Origin: Vitrella brassicaformis CCMP3155 | Lineage: Eukaryota > Protista > Chromerida | NCBI GenBank assembly: GCA_001179505.1 | Contig: CDMY01000465.1 | Span: 1-64,000 of the forward strand | Length of the DNA stretch: 64,000 nucleotides | Reading direction: 5' to 3' | Shown here: positions 46,578 through 58,589 of the stretch, piece after piece | Position numbering within the stretch: the first letter of the stretch is position 1 | Layout of the letters: every line of letters starts with the position of its first letter | The notes under the pieces: model-generated | The model's input: only the letters and a program-made list of their open reading frames with translations | Databases searched by the model: none | Told to the model about the DNA's origin: nothing | Made by a program: the position numbers and the translations under genes

Positions 46578-49500
46578 ATGCGGACCGACGCCATGGGTAC
46601 GGAGTCGGTGGACCACGATGTGCTGCGGCAGATGATCCGGGGCGACGTGATGGAGGGCGCTGTGCGTGTTGTGAGGGTCACCGGTGCTGGCGAGGATGAA
46701 ATCACGTACGTGAGCCACTGTGGGTGTGCACGCGGAAGAGAGTTCCTTCCTCCTTCCTGTGTAAGTGCTCTGTGGGTCCTTCTCTCTGTCAGTGTCATTG
46801 CCAACGATGACGAGTCGAGCCGCAAGGTGGTGCTTGATGCCAGGGGGGTGCAGGGCGGCCAGGGGGTCGGCAGATGGGATGTGGTGCGCATCAGCCAAGT
46901 GACACTGCGGAACCGACCGGAACACGGGTGTGTGTGACTGACGTGAGAGGGAGGATGGGAGGGAGGGAGGGAGGGAGGGAGGGAGGGAAGACCTACACAA
47001 AGCGGCAATTGTGTGGATTCTCCTGTGTGTGTGTCTGCAGAGGTGTCCACCTGTTCGCCCGTGCGTGTGAGCGGCTCTCGTCAGGGCAGCCCCAGCCGGC
47101 CTCCATGGCGGCCAGCCCTTCCCCTCCCCCCACCCCCGCCCCACGACGCACTCTCGCACACACGCCGCAGCTGAGGACACCACCCGCTGCAGCAGCATCA
47201 GCATCAGCATCAGCATCAGCATCACGGCCGGCACGGATGACGGGCGGCGGTGGCCTGCTGCAGCGCATTATCAGGGGGGAGCTAACGGAGGGCACTGTGC
47301 GTGTGGTCAACACGCAGCCGAGCCAGGAACAGAACGAGATCGTGTAAGCGCGCTGAGGGGTCGGCCTTGGCGCGAGTGGACGTCTGTGTGGGGGCTTGTT
47401 TCACGCAGGTTGATAGTGAATGATGGCGATTCGTCTCGTAAGGTCGTTCTCGACGCGAGTGGCTTGGACGATGGGGGCCGGGTCATTGCGAGAGGTGACC
47501 ACCTGCACATCAGCCAGGTCTGCCTGCGCGAAGACGCGGCACACGGGTACCCAAGAAGACACACATCCACATTACACTCAGGTGGCGGACCACTCACCAC
47601 TTGTGTGTGTGGGCGTGTCTACTCAGGAAACACCTATTCGCCGCCGTCTCGAGACGACAGGCGCCCCCAACAGGGCCCTCCATCCCCGCACCGTCCCAGC
47701 CATCAGCACGACCACGACCAGCCCGGATGACCATGGGCGCGTCACCTGCAGCTCCGGCTACCCCGGGTCCCTCCCAGCCATCAGCACCAGCGCGAGCGGG
47801 GCGGATGAGCGTTAGTCCTCCGCGATTATCTTTGACGCCTGGAGCGGCATCATCTCAAGAGGACCCCGCCGCCGGCTGCTGATGGCCCGGTGAGGATTGC
47901 CGATCTGAGGGCGGAGGGGTCGATACGGCAGCCCATGAAGGCGCGGGTCTCGTGCAAGTGAGTGGGGAAATGAACGGGCAGGAACGGGACATCCCATTGT
48001 GGGTGCGTTGAATGTGACGGCCTGCCTGCCTGCCTGCCCGTGTGCGTGTTAGGGAGGAGTTGAAGGGCTTCACTGGCAAGAACGGGAAGCCTGGGAAGCG
48101 GTTTACCTGCCTCCTCACCGATGAGAGTGTACGTCGGGATGGAGGGGAGGGAGGGGCACGCCCCATTGCCTGCCATGATCCCCCCTGTCCATGTGTGTGT
48201 GTGTGTGTCCTTAAGGGCGAGATTAGGGCGTGTTTCTTCTACGAGGCTGCCGATCGATACCACGGCATGCTGCAGAACGGACAAGTGAGGACAGACAGAC
48301 AGACAGACAGGCAAACAGACAGAAAAACCGCTGGAGTGATTGCATGGATCGACCCTTCTGTGGTCTATCTGCTGGAACTGCGTGTGCAGGTGTACAGTTT
48401 CTCTCACTTCTCTGTTAAGGAGGCGAACCGGTCGGTAGGGATGGCATCCATGGCATCCAGAACAAGAAGACGATACACATCACATCACAGACACCCTTGG
48501 TCGGTCCGCAGGCAATTCAACCGGACGGGCGACTACGAAGCGATGTTCCACAGCAGCTCCTCTGTCGAGCCTGCTCAAGATGACGGGACCATACCCCTGC
48601 AGGCCACGTAAGCCAGATGTCATCTGTTCTCTCTGTCTGTGTGTGCGTATGTGTGTGTGTGCGGTTGGTTCGTGCAGGCATCCTCACCAGAAGATCGTGC
48701 AGATCAAGCAGCTGCCGACCAAGAGCAACGTCAACCTGCTCGGCATCATCACCAAAGCAGACAACATCAGCCACCGGGTGAGCCTTGACACGCACACACA
48801 CACAGAGAGAGAGAAGGGAGACATCTGTTGCTGCTGTGTGTCGCCTGCACATGCTCTGACCAGGGCGGCAGCAGCCACCGCACTCTGCGTGTGGTCGACG
48901 ACTCAGAAGCGGCCATCGAGGTGACCCTCTGGGGCGACAAGATCACGCAAAGCCAGAGGGTGGACTTCAACGACGGCGACATACACACTATAGACATCAA
49001 GGGTCACACACACACACAGACAGACAGACAGACGGAGGGAGGAAGTGGATCGTATCACCTGTGTGTGTGTGTGTGTGTGTGTGCGTGCGCTTAGGTGGTT
49101 CGACAGGTGAGTACAGAAACCAGAAGAACGTGCAGGTTGGCGGCATGGCCTGGATGGCCATCGACTCGGACCGGCCAGAGGCAGCAGCACTGAAGACATG
49201 GTACATACAGGTGAGCGCTTTCACCAACCATCCCATCGATCGTTGGCCAGCACACAGACAGAAAACCCGAGAGACGTTTTCTTGTGTGTGTGTGTGTGTG
49301 TGTGTCCGTATCTGCAGACAGGTGGCAATGTCAAGCGAAGACGGACCAGACAAGTGAGCAGCCTACCCTACACAGAGGCGGCCCGCTTACGTACTTGCAT
49401 TTCTCTCTCACCTTCTCGTGTTTCCTTTCCTTTGTGGTGTGCAGGGCCCCCGACCCTCATCCCCTCCCTCCCTCTTCCCGCCCTCATGCGGCCGCTACAC

Positions 49501-50467
49501 CATCACCGACGTGACCTGTGAGATGCAGGAGAAGGTCGCCACGCTCTTCGACAAGACCTCCCACGCCTCTGGCTGCCCCCACTCCACCAACCTGCGGGCC
49601 AGCAATGTGGTCAAGGTCCTCCGTGTGACCGACCCAACTCGGATCTTCCAGTACAACGCCAAGAGACGGGAGATCCAGGAGAAGCTCGCGCGGCGGCGGG
49701 AGTGCGGCAACACTGGCCAGGCGTATGTGGTGCCCTTCGACGCGACAATCCGCCCCCACGCCCTGCTCAAGAACCTCAATGGCCACTCCTCCTCCTCCTC
49801 TCGCTCAGCAGATGAGGGAATGGGTGAGTCGGAGCAGCTGAGCGAGACGGTGGATTCCTCGATCAACGAGTGCTGGCTGTTCCACGGGACCAACGCTGCG
49901 CACATGACCGACATCCTGCGGGACGGCATCGACTTCCGCGTCGGCAGGGAGGGCGGGATGTTCGGACCAGGCATGTACTTCGCCTCGGAGGCCTGCAAGA
50001 GTGAGTGAGCCAAGGACTGAGGGAGGGAGGGAGGGAAAGACAGAGAAAGAGGTGCGTGGATGCACATCAGATGTGTGTGTGGATGGATGGGTGGGTATGC
50101 AGGTCACTGCTACGCATCTGGTGGCCGCCCCTACTGCGTCATCCTCCTGTGCCGTGTGTTGCTGGGCGACATGTACTTCGCCAAACACGCTGACCCGAGC
50201 CTGCGCCGCCCCCCTGTCCGCGAGGCGCCGGCAGGGTCGCCGATGGAGCGTGACTTGTACGACAGTGTGGTGGGCAAGAAGGACAGCACCTCGTGCGATA
50301 GCTCGGGAATGTTTCGCTACAACACCATGAAGCTCAACCACAATGAAGTCAGTGAGTGAGGAGCATGAGCTGCAGGGGTGACGTCATATGGTTTGTGTGT
50401 GCAGATGATAGTCTACGATCGGTCGCAGGCTTACATCGAGTACATCATCTCCTATGAGAATAATTAG
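46578..50467 (+). CDS. RPA70-like OB-fold domains fused to a PARP catalytic domain, multi-exon
   Basis: OB-A: MKARVSCK, GKRFTCLLTDES|GEIRACFF, VYSFS..VKEANRQF, DYEAMF, DDGTIP. OB-B: VNLLGII, RTLRVVDDSEAAIEVTLWG, DIKG, DRPEAAALKTWY. PARP: NECWLFHGT, GMFGPGMYFA, CKSHCY, ILLCRVLLG, YDSVVG, HNE|MIVYD. All introns from 47960 to the stop are GT-AG and in phase. The link to the two N-terminal modules needs a short intron at 47811. Confidence 0.85.
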
Positions 50468-51031
50468 CGGGGCGGCAGGTGGCTTGTGAGGATGAGGGTG
50501 GGTGTGCTGCATGCACACAGAGTCCGCCTTGCGCACTGAGCGGCTTAGTACTGACGTCGACCTTCGCTGTCGCCTGTTGAATTGGGGGAGGGAGGGAGGG
50601 AGGGAGGACATGGCGTCCGTCTCTGTCGCTTTGCTCGCTGTTCCGTGATGTTTTCTGCATGTGACTGTGCAATGAAGTTTCCCAACATGCAGCAGAAGCG
50701 ATTCTCGCTTATAGCGGTGCCTAATACATGCGCGCACAAGCAACGAGACGGACGCACACGCGTGTATATACCCTCAAACAGTGAACAATTGAACCATCAG
50801 ACGTGAGACACAGTGATGCACTGATCCTTCGACACGTCTTATGCGTTTGCCTTCTTCAAGATTCCATGTGTTGACTTTGATTCGTTGATCTGTTCAATCG
50901 ACGTCTCTCGTCCAATCGTGTCTCAGTTCATCCATGAAACCGAACAGCCATGGAGGCGCCCGGAAAAGAAAAGAAAAGAGTCTCCTCCGCTGCTCCACCA
51001 GACAGACAGACAGACAGTCACGCACACTCAG

Positions 51032-52777
51032 TCAGTCTCTCCGCCAGACAATCACGGGGATGGGGGGCTGCTGGTGAACGGTCCGCACGAGGGTCATCGT
51101 GCCCACATGAAAGCCCAACACTTGCTCGCATCTCGGCGCCGGTCGTGCTGGTGGCGGGGCCGGCGCGCGCATAACGACGGGAGACCGCTGAATATCGCCA
51201 GGGGTCGGTGGCACACTTGTGGAGCATGAGGAGAGGAGTAGCGGCTTCGGTTGATGTGTCGGTGCTGCCGCAGTGGACAGAGTGTGGTGGTCGCTGTGGG
51301 GGCTGCCGCTGCTGCCGCCGGTCCCGACCACAACAAAGGCTGGAAGGATTGGCGGGCCGCGCGGCTCCTCTCTGGCGGGCGTCTCGTCGTCCAAGAACAG
51401 CGGCGTGCTGGCCCACCGGGGGAGGTCAGTGTCGCCCGGGGAGAACGGAACTGCATTCGGCCAGAACGGATCGTCTTCACCGTCGTCATCCGCCAGGTCC
51501 GCGGGCAGACGCATTAACTCAGCTCTCGACTACACACACACACAAGTGAATGGCATACCCATTCTTCCCTGGGCGGATCCCCGGGTGTGGTGTGGCGTGC
51601 GTACCGCCATTGCGATCCGTCCGGGCATTTCACCAGCAGCAGCGCTCTTGTGGACGTCGCTGAGCATCTCGACCAGCCGGTCATGCGCCCGAAAAATCTT
51701 TGCGAACCTCAGCAGCGCCTTGGTCGGCAACCACATGTCGCGACCTGAGTCTACGACTCTCGGACCCTCCACACACAGACAGACACACACACGTACGTGA
51801 CGGAACCAAGATACACACGATGCAATCAACAGCCGAGCGCAATCATACCCCGTCGCTGGCGTTGACCTCCTGTCGGTCTAGTCGGCCTTCTGGCGTTGAG
51901 GGGTCCTTGCGAAGACGGTCGAGGTCGACCAGGACGGCCTCGTACATCCCATCGCCCGTCACGCGCAAACCAATGTTACCCAGCTGCACACACACACACA
52001 CAGACAGAGAGAGAGAGAGAGAGATGGCAAGGGCGTTATGTGTCTGTCTGCGGGTGTGCCCGCTCCTTACGTGGGGGTCGCCGTGCACCAGCTGAAGGTA
52101 CAGCAGCTCCTCCAGGGCCGCAAACACTCCGTCGCAGATCTTGGCGATTGTCATTGTCGCCTTCAGGCGATCAGTGGGCACCTTGATTTCACGAAACATC
52201 ACTGAGACCATGAGAGCACACACACACACACACACTCACACTCACAAACACACGTGAGCTAGCCAGTCTGTCTGTCTGTCTAGCTAGCCAGTCTGTCTGT
52301 CTGTCTGTCTGCCAGTCTGTCTGTCTGCCTGTCTGTCCCTTTTGCTTACTGTCGATCCATTCCATTCTGTAAGCCGTCAGCCGTTCCTCGTCGGGCCGGT
52401 GAGGTGGTAGACGTCCTCGATCTTGACAATGTTCTCCCCCGGTGTCCACTGCCGACAGAGCTCCATCCAGACGTCGTTGCCAGTCCTTTGAAAGCCGCCC
52501 ACCTGCACATAGAAAACACACAACAGACAGACACACACACTGACATGGGTGCATGGTGCTGTGTTTGTGTCTGTCTGCACTTACATACCATTTTGGCGCA
52601 GTCGTGCTGTTCATGGAGCACCTTGACGGCCCACTTGCGGCCTTCCCGGTCAGTCATCGGCAGGACGACACCGAAGCCGCCCAGCCGCTGCTTCTCGCCC
52701 CGGTCGAGCGACAGCCCGTGGTCCCTCGACAAGCAATCCTGACCGAAGGAGTCAGTCAAGGAGTTCATCAAACGACA

Positions 52778-52808
<31 letters not shown>

Positions 52809-52903
52809 AGGCATTCGCTTACCATTGCAATCGACAGCCTGTGGAGCTGCTGGGGCGTCAGCTCCCGCAGGCCATTGGCCCCCTCCGCAGAGCCTCCGTT
52901 GGG
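51032..52903 (-). CDS. Atypical protein-kinase-like protein (ABC1/RIO/APH-type HGDPHxGN loop), multi-exon, 5' end unresolved
   Basis: LGGFGVVLPM (Gly loop), KWAVKVL, LVHGDPH|LGNI, VLVDLD; acidic Pro-rich tail. Confidence 0.65.
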
Positions 52904-53136
52904 CTGCATGACACACGCACACGCCACACGAGCCAATGCACCTCATCTCATCAGTGAGTCGAGTGAGTGCACTAGTGGCTTGACGAAGGCCTCGCTCACC
53001 GGCATGGGACTGACGAGTGCTCACGCGGCAATGCTTCCCTGCTTGCTTTGGCCACAGAATTCTAAGCTCGCAGGGAATTGAAGCTCGCATTTCTCCCCCT
53101 GTCTTGCGACGGGAAAGGCGTCGCTGATGCATCCCT

Positions 53137-54577
53137 ATGGCCACACGCCAGTATGAAAGCCTTCACAGCGCGCCGGAGTCCGCCGCCGCCGCACCAGCCG
53201 ACAGACGGGCCGTCTGCACCGTCTGTGGTGGCGCGGAGGAGGACCTACGAGAGCATCAGAAGCACGCCCCGCACTCCAGAGGAACACCACCATCACGTCA
53301 AGGTGAATCCGGCAGAGTCTGCGCACTCGTCTGTCTTGTGCGTGATGACTTGGCGTTGGTGCCTCTGGCATGGCAGGCTGAGCAGCGTGCCGTGTTGGTG
53401 GCGGAGAGGCACGCAGAATGGCGGAAGCACATCTGGACGGTACGCAGGCAGACCACGCGCATAACACTGACTAAATGGACAGATGGGCACACGTCGGCAG
53501 ACAGACAGACTTACCTATGCCTGGTCGTGTGATGCCTGTTGGCAGGACAAGGGCGACGCCCTGATGTATGTGTTTCTGCGGGGTTTGAGGCGGCGGGTCA
53601 AGGAGAGCCTATACGTCAAATGGGTGGTACGTTTGTTTGACATCCATGCAGTGCAATGCAGCACAGCACACGAATGTAATGCCCCATCATGTCTGCACGT
53701 TTGTTTGTTATCAGGAGTATTGGTTGTCGATGGCCAAGACGCCGGGGGTGTCTGTGCGTGAGCTGAGGGACCTGCTGCTGGACAAAATGAGGGCTGACGT
53801 GGAAGCCATACGCAGACGGGGGTGGGTACTCGTGCACTCACACACACTCCCGCGTATCGTACAGTGTCCACGGAGCCCTGCCGTGTGTGTGATGTGTGCG
53901 CAGATCGTCCTACTGCGACAGCGATGACGGTTCATCAGAGGGCGGAGGGGACGCCGATATGGACTGTGTCATCGATAGACTTAGGTGCGGATGGACAGCA
54001 CACGGCGGGGTAGATGGACAGATCATATGCCCCTCCCTTTACTTGTATGTCGATGTGATTGATGCAGTGACTGTGGGAGCGTTGACGAGAGTGTCAAACG
54101 GGAAGCCTTCCAGATCATCCACCAGGTCGACAAAAAAGACAGACACTCATACACCCACACACACACACATCGATGCATCTCTCTCTCCAGCTCTTCCAAT
54201 CGCTGTGCCCCGAGCCATCACCAAGACGGCACCACTCCATAGACCAGCTGCCAACCACCAGACGGGCCAACACAACACCAGCACCACCATCGGATACCGC
54301 CACACACCGATCGCAGACACAGAAGCGGGCAATGGGTCGCAGATCGTCCCACCCGTTGTGGCGGCTGGTGACCCACCGCGGCGGCCCCCCAGGCGTCCAC
54401 ACGACGACTCGTGAGGAGCACTGGTCGTCTGTGCATGCGTCCGTGTACAGCAAGGGCGGGGGGCCGATGTGGGTGTGCCCGAGTAGCCCGTCCAGCAGCA
54501 GCTCGTGCTCCTCTGACGGCATACTGCCGCCATTCCGCAGCTACCTCGACTGGTGTATGCTCGACTACGGTGAGTGA
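53137..54577 (+). CDS. Hypothetical multi-exon protein
   Basis: Coding-like splice-bounded exons (AEQRAVLVAERHAEWRKHIWT; DKGDALMYVFLRGLRRRVKESLYVKW; EYWLSMAKTPGVSVRELRDLLLDKMRADVEAIRRR). No domain recognised. Confidence 0.45.
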
Positions 54578-56211
54578 TGGAGGAAAGACAGAGAGATGCA
54601 CCATGTGCGCGAGTTGGCATCGGATGGATGGATGCAGGGACATGTTGGTTGGCTCTGTGGGGCTACCTGCTGGGCGAGAAGTACATGGAGGCGCAGCGGC
54701 ACATGAGGGCGGTGGAAGCAGAGGTGGTGGTGCATGTAGTGGTCGGGTGAGCCTCTTAGATGAGAGATAGATGGACGATGGATGACCCCCACCCACCCGT
54801 CCACCTACCCACCACACACAAATGCATGCTGGCTGTATGATGTATGGTATGTACAGTAGAGCACACACACATTGCGCACACACAGGGTGAGGTGACGGTT
54901 GGTTTTAATTCAGCTCATCGATCGCTTCTTGATGGCTTGGATGGATGGATGGATCGACTGACTGACTGATTGACTGCTTGTTGCCCGTTTGTCCGTTTGT
55001 GTGTCTGTCTGTTTGTGTGTTTTTTGATGCGTCACACCGTGACATGTCATGCCACTGCCATACCTACACACGTACAGTACGGTCCGGGTGCAGAATTCAG
55101 TTGCCGGTGAGGCACGAGCCAGCCATGTCAGCCATGTTTTGACTATCGCTTGCTGCCGTTTTGCGTCCACTCACTTGCTGGTACGGGGTATGTATGTATG
55201 CAGTCTCTCTCTCGCGATCGATCGATCTCACTCTCACTCGTCTCTGTACATATATACACATACGCATACTCATACTCATGTAGATTAGTCCATCTGCCTG
55301 CCTGCCTGCCGATTGCTGGACGGCATGCCATGCCATAGAGATCCATCGATTCATCCACCCATATCGGTCCATATCTATCTGTGTTGGTGTCATTTTCTTT
55401 TTCTTTTCTTCTTTTTCTTTGCTTTGTGTGGTTTTTCCTTCCTGCCTGGCTGCGGTCGATCGCCCCTTGCACGTGTGTAAGTACCTGTGTACGCATCTGT
55501 GTTGTGAATGAATGAATGCGTGAGTGGGTGTAAACTAGTGGGTGGATGACTGCTTGGATGGATCGATAGATGCGACAAGACAGCCAGGGCACACCATAAC
55601 ATAACATACCGCACAGCGATAGAGACACTTAGTTGCACAGCGACAGCGACTGACTGAGAGTCAGAGTGACAGCTAAAACTGCCTTCCTGGGCAGGTGTTG
55701 TTGTAATGGGACATTATTGTTCTTTTACAGGGCGGGGCGGGGCTCTGGTGGGAGTTTGTTGTGCGCTGCACACACGCACAGAGGCAGGTGTGCATGCAGC
55801 GCTGCAGCTAGGAAATGGGGTCGTTTTACAGGTGGGCGGCACGGCACGCAGTGTCTGTATCTCTGTATGTCTGTATCTATGGGTGTGGCTGTGCTGTATG
55901 TGTGTGGATAAGTGGATGGAGGCGGGGAGTCAGTCGTGTGGACGGACGCACGGACGCACGGACGAAGGCACTTACTTGGAGCAGACAAGCATGACGGTGA
56001 TGGAAAGATGGATCCACATCGATCTCTCGCACTCTGTGCTCACGTGCACACACTCACACGCAAACAAACACACAAACACACACACATGTCCTCTCGTCAA
56101 ATCGTCGAATACTCAAAAGTGAGAAGTGATCAACCGCACCACCGAAAAAACCGATACGATACCCCCCGAACTTCCCGCACACGCAAAGACCCACACACTG
56201 ACCTGACACCC

Positions 56212-58285
56212 TTACGCATCTTGATCCCAGTAGAGCTTGACCACAACGGCTGTGCAGTTGTCCATCGTGCCTGTGCAGACACCACAACACAAGAAGACAA
56301 GCCAGCATCCATACATCCATCCATCCGTACTTCATCGATGTCTCCTCAGCCCACCCTGCCGCTCACCAGCTCTCATGGCCTCTGCGACCAGCGTCCTCGC
56401 AGCCACACTGCACACATCGACCTCGGCTGCCGGCCCCCCGCCTGCCCCTCCATCCCCCTCCCCCTCTGTGTTTGAGGGTGCGTAGGGCTCCGTGTCGCCG
56501 CTCTGCCGGCTCACACTTGACGAGCTGGACGCCAACACACGCGGGGCATCACCAGCACCAGCACCAGCACCATTCGTGCTGGCAGGCACGTCTCCGTCTG
56601 CCGTGCTGTTGACGGATGTCGATGCAGCGTCCTCCCTCTCAGCCTCTTTTTCCTTTTCCTTGTGGCCGTTGTGGTCTGGCGAAGGGTGTGTGTCTTGCCT
56701 GCTGTCTTGATTGCCTTTGCCGGTGTGGTTGCTGTTGCCGTGGTTGGGTTTCTTGTCTTTCTGCTGGTCGGCGAGCCGCCTGAGTGTGGAGTGGACGCTC
56801 TGGACGGCCTCCAGGTCTGACAGGACGTCCCACACGCCGTCGCAAGCTAGGATGAGGAAACTGTCCTTGGAGGGATCCAGCTCTCTGACAGACATGCGAC
56901 AAGGAGGGATATGTGTGTGTGTGTGTGTGTGTGTGTGGCGTGGTGCAAGTTGGGGTGGGTGGCTGCTGACCGTTTGTCGATTTCCGGGTCCGCGATGAGT
57001 GCGTGTCTGTTCTGGTTCTTGAGCATGAAGTCGCCCAAAGCCCTTGACACACCCAGATAGTACTCGAGGGGCGGCACACCCAACCTACACACACACACAC
57101 ATCCAGTTCACACACACACAGGCGTCCTCCCTCTTGCCACACTGAGTGTGTTGTGTGTGATATCACCTCGAGCATCTCTCGAACGGGTGTTGGACCACCC
57201 GGCCGCCGGCCCGCACTATCCGCCTCTCCTCGTCCGGCCTGTTGGGCTTGTGGTCTTCACTCAGCCGAATGGCCTCCACCTCCTCATCACCGCCACCAAT
57301 GCTGCCACTCGGGTGACGGTGAACACGACCCAGCCTGCACACACACCATGCACACACACACACACACACGAGATGCACACACACGTCCCCTGTCCGTCAT
57401 GTCATGTGTGTGGCGTGGCTCACACAGCTCTGGAGTCGCCGATGTTGGCCGTGTGGAGGATGACCCGGCCCCTCTTGCGGTGGACGAGGCAGACGATGGC
57501 AGTGGAGCCGTCCTGTGGATGGGGCGTCTGGGTTCCCTCGTAGGCCGTCTCGAGCTTCTGCACCGACTGCTCGATGGCCTTGTGCACGAAGGAGTCCTCC
57601 AACAGGGGAGGGGGGGAGGCATTCACACCTGATGTCAGCTGCCGCCTCAAGCTGAAAACACCGCAACACACACACACACACACACACACACGTGTGTACC
57701 TGAATGTTCACACGATGCTGCGTAAGCCTGTCTGCCGGTTCTCTCCCTACTCACTGGTTGTGCAGGTGCGTCTTGGCGTATTCGCTCGCCCGTTTGCCGT
57801 TGTGGCCGTCGAAGACGCCGTAGTAGGACATGCCCTCCAGAAAGTCGTCCACACACAGAGAGGCGTCCTCCATGTCAGCCCGGTGGCCCTGCAGCTCAGC
57901 GCTGCCCGACACGCACCGCAGGCCGACAGTGCGGCCGCCCAGCACCGTTGAGTGGTCATCTGATGAGCCGGCCAATCCGACTGTGCCGATTGCGCTGCTC
58001 GCACTTGCAGCGTGTGCGTTGAGAGAGTTCTCGAGGATGCGCCTGCGCTTGCTCTCCTCCTCGAAACGCCCTACAGTCACCTGACATGACGCCACATCAA
58101 TGAGAAGGCCAGGCATGCATCAGAAGGACGACAAAAAGCCATCTCGCTGCGCGAAGGGCTTTGGTGCCCACCTGTCCGATTCGCTTTGTCGGCGCCGCTT
58201 CCTCGACTTCATTCAACTCATCGTCGAAGCTGAGCTTGACCTTCCTGTCGGCCTTGCGCTTCTTCACAGCACCCTCATCGCCCAT
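56212..58285 (-). CDS. PPM/PP2C-family protein phosphatase, multi-exon
   Basis: QGHRADMEDA, YGVFDGHNG, DGSTA, ANIGDSRAV, LSEDHKP, LGVSRALGD, FLILACDGVWDV, GTMDNCTAVVV. All PP2C metal-binding motifs are present. Confidence 0.95.
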
Positions 58286-58589
58286 GCTACTGTAATGCAC
58301 TCAGGTGAATCAGCAGCTGCTGAAGGAAGAAAGATCCCAGGGAATCGGATGCGTTCAAGCAAGATCTGGGTCAGGGACGCCTGGCGGCCACCTCACAGGC
58401 TCTCTTTCCCGGCGAATCATGTGCCGCTCAGACGTGCGAGCTTGGCGATCGCCGGAAAGCAGTGCGAAGCAGATGCTTGCGTGCGACCTGGAGGTTCTCG
58501 AAGGCATGCACAATCACTTCAGCTCTGTTTTGATCTGCCGCTCATCTGTCTTGTTTCTTCCGCCTCCGTCACTGGCCAGACGGGTACAC

